Of a DNA stretch of 64,000 bases, positions 36,301 to 48,300 are shown one piece after another. The position numbers and the translations under genes were made by a program. The stretch lies in NCBI GenBank assembly GCA_035221665.1, contig CM069146.1, positions 23,064,001-23,128,000 on the forward strand. Direction: 5' to 3'. The stretch is from Okamejei kenojei (lineage: Eukaryota). The stretch's first letter is position 1. Every line of letters starts with the position of its first letter. The notes beneath the pieces were generated by a model, which was not told the DNA's origin, did no database searches, and saw nothing but the letters and a program-made list of their open reading frames with translations.

Positions 36301-39300
36301 CGTAGATGGCTCCTCAAGCATCGGGAGGGTCAAGTTTGAACAAGTCAAGAGCTTTATCGAAGCAACCATTCAACCTTTTGCAAATGTGATTGGTCCAAGT
36401 GCAGTAAGAATCGGGCTTATCCAGTACAGCGATGATCCCAGGTAAGGTGCTGCTCACTACTTGTAATGTCAGGGACAAAGGCTGGAAACCAAGTTGTCAG
36501 CAGCCAGCTGTGCATGAAGGGAACGCGGTCTGAGGATTTGGTGACACCGGAGTGTATTCCTTGGATGGGAATACATGCATAAATGGAATTAAATAATTTG
36601 CATGTGCAGTATAGTTTAGTGTCACGTGTACTGAGGTATGGTGAAAAGCTTTATTGTGGCATGCTATCCAGTCAGCGAAAAGACTATACATGATTACAAT
36701 TGAGCCATAAACAGTGTACAGATACAGGATAAAGAGAATAACGTTTAGTGCACGGTAAAGTGTGATTAAAGATAGTTCGAAGGTCTCCAATGAGGTATGT
36801 GGGAGCTCTAGATGGTGAGAGGATGGTTCAGTTGCCTGATAACAGCTGGGAAGAAGCTGTCTCTGAATCAGGTGGTATGCATTTTCAAGCTACCCTTGAC
36901 AATAAAACACTCTTGACTCTTAAAACGAACTGAAGTAAAAATCTGTCTGCACTAGGGAAAGCAAACACCAATCCAGTCTATTGACAAAGCCTGGATGGTT
37001 CCAAGCAACAAGAGAGATGTTTCCATTGTCTGTGTTGGAAAAAGTAGAGAACAGAGTGGCATTAATGGTGGCTTCCCAACCACAGGACAAACCACAGGAC
37101 AAACCAGTATCTTAGCGAACACACTTCCTTAGCACAAACTGCATGTTCACCACAGTATGGATATTTGGAACAGAGAAACAGCCCCCGCTAGCCTCTTGCA
37201 CCTGATCTGTAGTGGCTGATTTGTGGTGTTGACGAATACTTTGGTACACAAAAATCACTCCTTACGGTAACTTCGGAACTGGTTCCCAGACCACAGAGTA
37301 TTTATAAAGCTTCTTTAATATAGTAAGCAGTTCAATAGAACTTCACAGGAATGCTAACAGAAAGGTGGCGAGTCTTGTGTACTGCCACAGCATAATCTAC
37401 TATTCTTACACTCTTGTACTTAAGTATGATTGTGATTGGGTGTAGTAAGATTTTTACTGAACTGTATGAAAAAAAATGGAATTTCAATTTACCTAGGTAC
37501 ATGTGACCATTGATCATGCATGGACTTGATGGATTAAGAGGCCTCTTTCGCCTTAGCAAGTACATTAAGTGATCCGTGAAAGTTTTTGCTAGCGGTGGAC
37601 TATGAAACCACAAAAGAAACTAATGGGTTGGATGACTATAAGCTTGCTCAAATAACCTCTTAAAGGAGGAATAGAGAGGCTTAAGGAATGGTTGCCAGTC
37701 ACGGCCACCAATGATGGAACGATTAAGATTGGAGTTACTCAACAGGTCAGACCGGAAAAACACGAAGACGTGAAAATATCATAGAGCTGGAGTTTGGAAT
37801 GGGGTGGGATGACTTGGGAATCGAAAAGGAAATATCAAAATGATTAAGATGTTGCTTAATTGGCAGTCAGACTTGGCCAGCAAGCGGATTGGTGACTGGT
37901 GACTGGTGGACAAAGGAAGCCGATTACATCAGGAATCAAGAGTATTTTATTTCATTTTAAAAAGGACTCAAATTGTTAGAGTAACTCAGCAGGTCAGGCA
38001 GCATGCAGTACAAGGAAAGGCACAATGTGCCTGACCCACTGAGTTACTCCGATGTTTTTTGTCTTTTTTTGTAAACCAGCATCCACAGTTCCTTGTGTTT
38101 GTATTTTACTTAATATTTCTACTCCTTCACTTTTCAGATTCTTTGTGCATGCTATTCCCTGAAAGGAAAACATTTTATATCCGTTATTCCTGTTTCATCA
38201 CGAGGATATCCCAATGACCTTCAAAGTCAGTTCATCCCGTTTAAAATATAGCCAGTGTTAGAAGTTCAGCTATCATCAGCCAACATGGATAGTTTGCTCC
38301 CAGAAGTGGCAGACAAATTAATTTGGTAAAGGGCCCGTCTCACTTTCCCGACCTAATTCACGACCTCTGCCGAGTTTGCCTTTGACTCGTACCCACAGCA
38401 TGGTTATCACAAGGTCGTAGGTAGGTTGTGATGCTAGTCGTAGGTACTCGGGGCATCAAGTAGGTCGGGGCGTTTTTTCAACATGATGAAAAATGTCCAC
38501 GAGTAAAAAAGGTCATGAATTCTGTCGTGAAAGTGGGACAGGCCCTTAAGTTGGATGATCAGCCATGATCATATTGAATGGCGGTGCAGGCTCGAAGGGC
38601 CAAATGCCCTACTCCTGCACCCATTTTCTATGATTCTATGATTCTAAAGGATTTTAGTTAAAACACAGAGAGAACAGCCCTTTCACTGCTCCATGTTTTA
38701 AAATTTGCCTCAAAGTGAAACATGGTTTAATAATTACCTGACATTGCAGATGTTTTTGCAATTCAGATATTTGCAAATCTCTCACCCACTTGTTACTGCA
38801 TCAATCCATTCCACATATCTGGTCCAACACCGGTCAAAGTTGCCATAATGATCTTTGCATCTGTCCAGACACTGCTTTGGCTGTCTGTATCAGGGACATT
38901 CACACATGAGTGTACAAGTTAGAATGCAAGCCAATTTAACTAAATGAAATGGCAGTTCACACACTCAGTCCCACTGAGATCTGAAAAAGCTGAGTCAGCA
39001 TAAATAAGAAACCAGCCGCTCTCAGCTTTTGGGCTTTGGGGGATTGCACAGTTACTGAATGATAATAAATGATTTCCTTTTGAAACTGCGATATTGTTCA
39101 GGCTAGTATGAGCCTGAATGTGTCATTTTAACCCCCAAGGATAGTTTGACTAGGAAGTTATAATATTTACTGCCGAGAAATTGGGTTTCGTTTAGTTTAG
39201 ATGTGTGGAAAGGAACTGCAGATGCTGGTTTATACCAAAGATAGACACAAAATGCTGGAGGAACTCAGAGTACTCCAGCATTTTTGTGTTTATCTTTAGA

Positions 39301-42300
39301 TTTGTATGTATGTATGTACTTTATGTATGTACTTAATCTATGAACCACTGTTGTATAACGTTAGTACCTCCACCAATGTAAAGCACTTTGGTCAACGAGA
39401 GTTGTTTTATAAATGTGCTATAGAAATAAATGTGACTTGACTTGACTAGATTAGTTTAATTTAGTTTAGTTTAGTTTCACTGAGGTACAGTGAAAAGTTT
39501 TTGGTACTGTGAAAAAGTTTTTTGTTGCCTACTATCCAGTCAGCGGAAAGATAATCCAGGATTACAATCGAGCCGTCCACAGTGTACAGATACAGGAAAA
39601 AGGGAATAACTTTATCCTGTTATTCTTTTTAATAAAGGAGATAAAGTCCAGTAAAGTCCGATTAAAAATAGTCTGAGGGTCTCCAATGAGGTAGATGAGA
39701 TCAGATCTCTAGTTATTGATAGGTTTGTTCAGTTGCCTGATGACAGCTGGGAAGAAACTATCCCTGAATCTGGACGTATGTTTTTCACACTTTTTCACTC
39801 ATAAGTGGTGCATATACGGCTAATGCTGAATCTGAGGATCGCCCCCTAAAGTTACATCAGTTTCTTCCCCCTTGTTGATGCATTGATGTGTAAGCTGCAT
39901 GATTTCCCCTTAGCAGCTGCATCAAAATAATGTGAGGGATCATGGGAAGAATGTTAAAGTATATTCACCATGGGAATGATTGCACAAAAGGCAGCCATGG
40001 AGAGAAGGGAAAATGTGGGGGAAAGTGTGCAGGGGAATGGGAATAAATATCTGGTTGCACCCTATTTACCCACACCCGCCGCGATTACGTCCAAGCATCT
40101 AATCTTTGATGTCTCTCGGCATTAAGCCTTTCCCAACCTGGCTCAGTGTTATGTTTCTCTTCAAAGGATTGAGTTCTCATTTCAAGATCACAGCACAGGA
40201 TTCCAAACACTGAATGCCGTCCGCAAACTGAGTTACAAAAGCGGCAACACAAGGACAGGGGCTGGGCTGAAGTACGTCACTGACAACTTCTTTGGATCTC
40301 CCAAACTGAGGCGCAATGTTCCCAAGGTAGGTGAGAGAAGCATCTTCATCGCAAGGCTGTCTTCCATTAAATATCTCTCATGTTTTAATGTGGCTCTAGG
40401 AAGGGTGTTCGGACATGTGAATGAGAGGTTAATCTTCAGTCGTTCTGGCGTATAGTGCCCCAAACTCTTCATTCTTTGCTCAGTGAATGCAATGGATATG
40501 TTTGATGAATATTATTGGAATGGAAGAGGTAAACAGAGTAATAATGAAGAAATGGCCTCACTTGTTTTCTGGTCATACAAGTAAATCTATTGCACCTTTC
40601 ATCTGCTTTATGATGGGCGTAATCGTGCAGGGTCCAGACAATCGCGCGGAATAACATTTGGCATATTCCATTCACCCACCTCCCTCCCCTGCAGGGACAA
40701 TATATAGATTGGTCTGGTCCAGTCTTATGATTATAGCCAATCTATCCAGCAGTGAGAATGGGAGACACTTCACATGCATAGGGGAGAGATATGGAACCTC
40801 AAACATAAACATAGGTCTTGGATCAATCAATAATATTAATCTGAAATCGCTGGACATGTTGCTGGCCTAAGGGATTTGCAGCCAAACTAGTTGGAGACAC
40901 AAAGTGCTGGAGTAACTCAACAGGTCAGGCAGCATCCCCGGAGAACATGGAAAGGTGACATTTCAGGTCTGGACCCTTCTTCAGACTGAAGGGTGCCAAC
41001 CTGAAACATCTATCCACTGTAGGTCTGCAATTCATGTTCTCCATCCACCTATCCATCTTTTCCAGAATGCTGCCTGATCCACTGTGTTACTCCAGCACTC
41101 AGTGTATTATTGGAAACCAGCATCTGCAGTTCCTTGTGCCTCCAAGCCAGTTAGAGTTGGGTACAGATCATTAAAAGGGTGAACAAATCTGAAGGGGCAC
41201 AATGGCAACCAGGTGCCCTTGTTTTGGATGTTAGATCCTTCTTGTCCCATACTTGGGCAGCCATCGAGGCAAGAGAAGTTGCTGTTGGTTTGGGCATATG
41301 TCCTTTGCCAGGGAACACACTAAGCGAACGGCGATCTCACTGGAAAGCTCAGAGTTGAGTCCCAGTGGAAAAGGCCCCATTGTCACTCAGTCTGTTAGAT
41401 GGTAATGGAGCCGGATGAAGTAGCCTCTGTTAGTAGTATACAAAATCTAATTAGGTGTGGGAACAAACCTTGAGATACCAAGCACTAAACTAGACCAAAC
41501 AATGGAGCAAAGGTGAAAAGTGTTTTTAAACATGACCTTTTTTGATTTCATTCTTCGTTTAGATCACTATCCTAATAACCGATGGAAAGTCTCAAGATAA
41601 CGTGAACCAACCAGCCTTGAAGTTACGGAACCAAGATGTGAAGTTGTTTGCAGTCGGTACGTCCTCTGTCCATTTGCTTGTGTGATGTTCGTGCATTGGA
41701 AATGAGGAGCAATTTTTGGTACTGTTTCTGGTGATGAGGCTAACGGTTCAATGTTCACTTCTCCAGGGATCAAGAATGCAGATAAGCAGGAACTCGATGA
41801 TATCACCTCAACACCTGCCGAGGATTATTCGTTCTTTGTGAATGACTTCAAAATCCTACGGACTCTGACACCGCTGATTTCCAAGAGGGTTTGCTCCACC
41901 ACTGGCGGTACCCTGGAAGAACTGAGGAGTAAGGAAGACAATATGTTCTGGGCCTTTTGGATATGTTTTAGCTACTTGCAATAGGACATTCTTACCATAA
42001 AATTGGCTAGGATTCTTATTGCTTAATGGCAGTTAGATAGAGATGGGCTTTATCAAATCAAGCTAAGTCAAGTTATGGTTTGTTCTCACTTGCACAAGTA
42101 CAGTAAGGTACAACTCCAATGAAAATCTCACTTACCATGGCATCACAGGCACATAGACAACACATAACTTGCACATATATAGTTATTGAACAACTTTCAC
42201 GGATAAAGGTTGGAGGCATTGGCGCAGATAGTCGTCATCATTGACGTTGATCATGGTCAACATCGCCCACCATCTTTCTTTGTTAATGAAGGGGTGCACA

Positions 42301-45300
42301 GTGTCACAGCTGGTAGACCTGCTGTCTCACAACGCCAGAGACCTAGGTTTGATTCTGACCTCGAACTTGCTGTCTGTGTGGAGTTTGCAAGTTCTCCCTA
42401 TGACCGCACAGGTTTACTCTGGGTGCTCTGGTTTCCTCCCACATCCTAAAGACGTGCAGGTTTGTAGGTTAATTGGCTAATATACTGATTATTTCTTTGC
42501 TATTGCTTTTAGCTAGCCAAGTACCTGGTGGTCCCACAAATTTAATCTTCAGCGAAAAGGGTTTTGAGTCGATGCGGATTCGCTGGACTGCGGCAGTGGG
42601 GCCTGTGACTGGCTACAAAGTTCAGTACACTCCTCTCAACGCATTGGGCTTTCCAATCTCAGCTGAATTCCAAGAGGTGAGTGGTCTACATTAACAATAT
42701 CTAAGGTATCCTAGCCGGATGCATCACAGCTTGGTTTGGCAGCAGCTTTGCCAAAGACTGCAAGGAATTGCACGGGTGCGAATGCGGTTCTTCATGATGT
42801 TACACAGATGAGATCATTCTTCAGCCTCCTATACTCCAAGGAATAAAGTCCTGACCAACATCTGAAGGTTATTTTTTCCTTTTTAATTACTGTTGTGTTC
42901 ATTGCCACTTTTCATTCAGGAGTGCCGATCTTGAAGAACCTCTGTACGTCTTTGCTATGGGATTTTTATTTGTTTCTTTACTCTCATCTCAATGCTTTAT
43001 GCTTCACAAGTTATAGGAGTAGAATTAGGCCATTCAGCCCACCGAGTCTACTCCGCCATTCAATCATGGCTGATCTCTGCCTCCTAATCCCATGTTCCTG
43101 CCTTCTCCCCATAACCCTTGCCACCAGTTCTAATCAAGAATGTGTTTAGCTCTGCCTTACAAATATCCACTGATGGCCTCCACAGGCCTCTGTGGCAATG
43201 AATTCCCTCTGACTAAAGACGTTCCTCCTCACCTCCTTTCTAAAAGAGCTCCCTTTAATTCTGAGGCTATCACTTCTGGTCCTAGCCTCCCCCACCAGCG
43301 GAAACATCCTTTCCACATCCACTCTATCTATGCCTTTCATTATTCTGTAAGTTTCAATGAGGTCCCCCCTCAACCTTCCAAACTCCATCGAATACAGGCC
43401 GAGTGCTGTCAAGCGCTCATCATTTGCTAACCCACTCATTCCTGGAATCATTCTTGTAAACCTCCTCTGGACCCTCTCCTGAGCCAGCACATCCTTCCTC
43501 AGATATGGGGCCCAAATTTGCTCACGGTACTCCATATGCGGCCTGACCAGTGCCTTACAGAGCCTCAGCAATACATCTCTGTTTTTCTATTCCAGTGCTC
43601 TTGATATAAATGCTAGCGTTGAATTTGCCTTCATTACAACGGATTTGACTTGCAAATTAACTTTTTGGGAGTCCTGCACCAACACTCCCAAGGCCCTTTG
43701 CACCTCCGATTTCTGGCTTCTCTCCCCATTTAGAAAATAAATAAAATGCTTCCTTAGTTGTTTTTGATAAGGTCTGGACTGAAACTCACTTCTACAGCCT
43801 AATCTCTTTCTTTAACAAACCAACTCTAACTCCAGCTCCAACGTAGTCACATGATTTCTACCTGAAATGTCACTCTCCTCGATTCAGTTCCATTTATGAT
43901 CACAACTCAATTCAAACTATCCAGTGTTTTTCCAATCATGGCTCTTCTCACATCCCAGGATCTAGATCTAACATCAGCATATACATAATCTCAACCTCTC
44001 ACTGAAACAGCAACACACGAGTCGCTATATCTCAAAGCCGTTGCGGTCCACAGGTTCACTTTATTCTTTACTACCGTGTTGCTCCAACAAAGGATCTTCT
44101 TTTGCCGCCTTCAAACCTCAAAGATTGCAAACTCTTTTTGGATCATTTCCTCTCCCCTTTCACTTTACTCCCACCTCATCTCTTTCCCAGTTCCACCTTT
44201 TGCCATGTTTTCTCCATTCCCTCTGATATTCCCTGATGTTCTTCCAAGTCAGGATGGTGTGTGACTTGGAGAGGAACCTCTAAGTGGTAACGTTGTCATA
44301 TACCAAAACACATTATTCTTCTAGGTGGTGGGAACTACTGGTTTAGATCGATGAGTTAACCAGGTCCATGGAACATAGAACATACAACAATACAGCACAG
44401 GAACGGGCCCTTCAACCTACAGTGCTTGTGCTGAACATGACACCAAGTTAAATTGACTTCATCTGTCCTGTACATGATCCATCTCCCTCTATTCCTCGCA
44501 CTTCCATATGCATATCTGAAAGCCTCTTAAATCACTCCATCGTATCTGCCTCCATCACCAACCCTGGCAATTCGTTCCAGGCCACCCTACTCTCTGTGTG
44601 AAAAAAACTTGCCCACCCATCTCCATTAAACTTCCCCCCTCTTACCTTATAGCTATGCCCTCTAGTGCTGGACATTTCCACCCTGCAAAAACGGTTCTGA
44701 CCCGTCTATCCTAGGCTTCTCATAATTTTATGTACTTCTATCATGTCCTGTCAACCTCCAATGACCCAGAGAATGCAATCCAAAGTTTGTCCAACCTCTC
44801 CTTGTAGCTGAAACCCTCTAATCTAGACAGCATTTTGGTAAGCCTCTTCTGTTGATGTCTTTGTTTTTGAGCAGGTTACCGTTGGAGCAGACGCAACCAG
44901 GGCGGTTTTGCAAGAGCTGAAACCTGCAACGGAATACCTGGTGACCGTGATTGCTCAGTACGCCAACAGCATTGGGGAGTCTACCTCGGGTAACGGGAGG
45001 ACGAGTGAGTATCGTGAAATGATTTAATGTAAAATCTTTGCCCCCAAACTTACTCGGCTTTCTCCTCACTCCACCTCTCGGATTAGTGTACCAGAGATAA
45101 TTTGATCAAATCCTGTGTCCGCAGATTATGTCCCAACACCGTCTTGGGTAGCCTGAGGCTCCTGCAGTGAGTAATTCACCTCCCGGTGCACAATAGATTT
45201 TCCACCATCCACGAGGCACGGTTCAGGAGTGTGATGGAGTAATCTTTTGCTGGTAAAATGATGAGTGCAGTATTCAAGGCGTTTGACACGAGCCCAGACA

Positions 45301-48300
45301 AACCAGCCTATTTAATTAGCAACACAGGACTGCAGATGTTGGAATCCCAGCAGATTCCTTTTACCCAGAGTAGGGGAATCGAGAACCAGGGGACATAGGT
45401 TTAAGGTGAAGGGGGGAAAGATTTAGTAGTAAACCGAGGGGCAAGTTTTTTACATAAAGGGTGAGAAGTATATGGTGCAAGTTGCCGGAGGAGGTAGTTG
45501 GGGCAGGTACTATCAAACATTTAAGAAACATTTAGACAGGTACTTGCCCACACCAATCAACATGCCCCTTCTGCACCAGTCTCTCCTGCCCGCGATTGGT
45601 CCATATCCCTCTAAACCGATAGCAATCGCACGCAGGAGAGTCTGGTGCAGAAGGGGCATGTTGATTGGTGTGTGCAAATTGGGCTGAAGTGCCTATTTCC
45701 ATGCTGTATGACTCTATGACAGTGACTCTTTGCTGAAAGCTGAACCTGCTGTTTATGAAGGAAATTGGGGACCAGGTGCATTTAAAGGGAGTGTTGGTCT
45801 GATGCTGGACTATCAGGATTTCCATCCAATGGGATACCGGATTATTGGAATTTTACCAGAATATGGGAGACTATCGGATTGTCATTAAAATCCATTAAAA
45901 TCCATGTGGTTCAATAAGAGGGAAGTCTTGATCACACCCAGCTGACCTTGTGTGCACTAGACACATGCAGCATTTAGAGTCAGTTGCAAAAATCAGGGTG
46001 TTTTGAGATGTGCAGTGAATAGTCCCCATCCTGTAATTGAACAACTAAATGAAAAAAATGATACTCAATTTTTACACAACCAAGTCCAAAATAAGGGCAA
46101 TGAGGTAAATCAATAAATGTTTCCCTGAAGTGAAAGATCATTAAATTTAGTTTAAGTTTAAAGACACAGCATGGAAACAGGCTTTTTGGCCCATCAAGTC
46201 CACACCAATCATCGATCACCCGTTCACACTGGTTTTATGTTACCCACTTTTGCATCCACTCTCTACACATTAGGAGCAATTTTACATAGACCAAATAACC
46301 TACAAACCCCACATGTCTTTGGAAATTTTGGAGGAAATGGAGCACCCGGAAGAGGGTGGTGAATCTGTGGAATTCTTTGCCCCAGAAGGCTGTGGAGGCA
46401 AGGTCAATGGATATATTTAAGGCAGAGATAGATAGATTCTTGATTAGTACAGGTGTCGGAGGTTATGGGGAGAAGGCAGAATGGGGTTATGAGGGAGAGA
46501 TAGATCAGCCATGATTGAATGTCGGGGTAGACTTGATGGGCTGAATGGCCTAATTCTTTTCCTATCACACATGATTTTATGAAACTATGTGGTCACGGGG
46601 TAGAACTTGCAACTCCACACGCAGACAGCACCCGAGGTCAGGAACGAACCTGGGTTTTTGGTGCTGTGAGGTGGCATTCCACCATAAATCTTATTGTAGA
46701 TGTTGCGCAGGTTCCCCAGCTGATCTTCCAAGTAGAACCTTGAAAGTGATCTTCCAAGGCATCTGTCACATGTAACCTGTAATCATCGCCACAGTTTGAT
46801 GTCTACACTTGGCGATATGTGCTTTGAAAGAGCCTCTCTGGTTTTAGGCCCCACATTTGAGGAGGGATGCATGGTGTTGGATAGGGTCTGGAGGAGGTTT
46901 ACGAGACTGATTCCGGAGATGATTGGGTTATGACAGCTCTGGACCTGTATTCGCTGGAATTTAGAAGGATGACGAGGGAACCTCACCTAAACATACCGAA
47001 TAGTGAAAGGCATGGTTAGAGTAGATGTTTCCACTAGTGGAAGAGTCTAGGACCAGACGGCACAGCCTCAGAATAAAACGATGTACCTTTAGAAAGGAGA
47101 TGAGGAATTTCTTTAGTCAGAGGGTGGTGAATCAGTGGAATTCATTGCCACAGTGGGCTGTGGAGGCTGTCATTGGGTACGTTTAAAGTGGAGATTGACA
47201 GATGCATGATTAGTAAGGATGTCAAGGGTTATGGAGAGAAAGCAGGAGAATAGGGTTGAGAGGGAAAGATAGATCAGCCTTGATTGAATGGCAGAATAGA
47301 TTTGATGGGCCAAATGTCCTAATTCTGCTTCCTATGACTTATGAACTTATGATCTTTAACCATACGTCTCTTTCAGAGCCCCTGCCAGGATCATTTAACT
47401 TCCGTGTGGTCACAGCTGGGCCCTTCACACTGCGTCTGGCGTGGAAACCACCGACCTTCGCTCTGCAAGGATACCGACTGACCTTCAAGCAGAGAGGTTT
47501 GAGAAAGCTTGTTATTTTGCATATCCAGCCGCGCACAATGCATGCTTATTTTTCCTTTGCTTCCTTTGGGGAGGAAGAAGGCAGAATTGCAGCTGAACAT
47601 TCAGACTTACAGCAACATTTGTGTTAGAGAGAAGAAAGTGTTGTAGAAATGCTCTGCTTCTTCTTCAAGTGTTTGCACTAAAGTTGAGTGGAGCATGACT
47701 TCACTCTGCCATCAATGCGCATCCTTCATTCCTCTTGGCTGGAAGGCTAAAGGATTTCAGGGTTGAGGAGTTGTACTGTGATGTTGTACTGAGAACTTAT
47801 CTTATTACCCAATAAAGTGTATTGGGCTTACAGAGACTGCAATTCTGGGGATGTTCTGGGGTTAGGACAGAGAGTGCCTTTTCTAGGGTATGGGGCAGAG
47901 CGCTTATTGAGGAGATGGGACAGAGAGTGTTTATTATGGGGTGCAGGACAAGGAGTTATGCTGGGGAATGGACAGAGAGTGCCTATACTGGGATACACGG
48001 CATGGAGTGCTTATTCTGGGATATCGGACGGAGTGCTTTTATTTTGGGGTACGGAATAAGGAGTGTTTATTCCAGGATTTGAGTCAAGAATGTTTAAATA
48101 GAGTTTCTTACCTGGGATACAGGGCTGGGAGTATTTTTACTGGGATAATTCCATGTGAAGTTCCTGAGCGTGAGGAGATGCTACCAACACCACATGCGGA
48201 CGAGGGAAAGTTGATTACACCCCAACATGACCCCATCACTGAACCCTCTCCCTCTGGTATCTACTCTCATTCTGCTTGGTTTACTTTATGCCACTGCTCG

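Noticed and set aside
36984-37030. Functional antisense gene starting at the duplicated ATG
   Set aside because: Only 43 coding nt were copied, with no donor site, and the frame runs into unrelated sequence.
36261-45004. Assignment to collagen XII/XIV/XX or matrilin
   Set aside because: The signal peptide leads directly into vWA and then tandem FN3 repeats. Motifs and exon sizes fit collagen VII better.
47850-48148. Regularly spaced repeats as a CRISPR array
   Set aside because: Units are contiguous and degenerate with no unique spacers, there are no cas genes, and the context is a vertebrate intron. It is a minisatellite.
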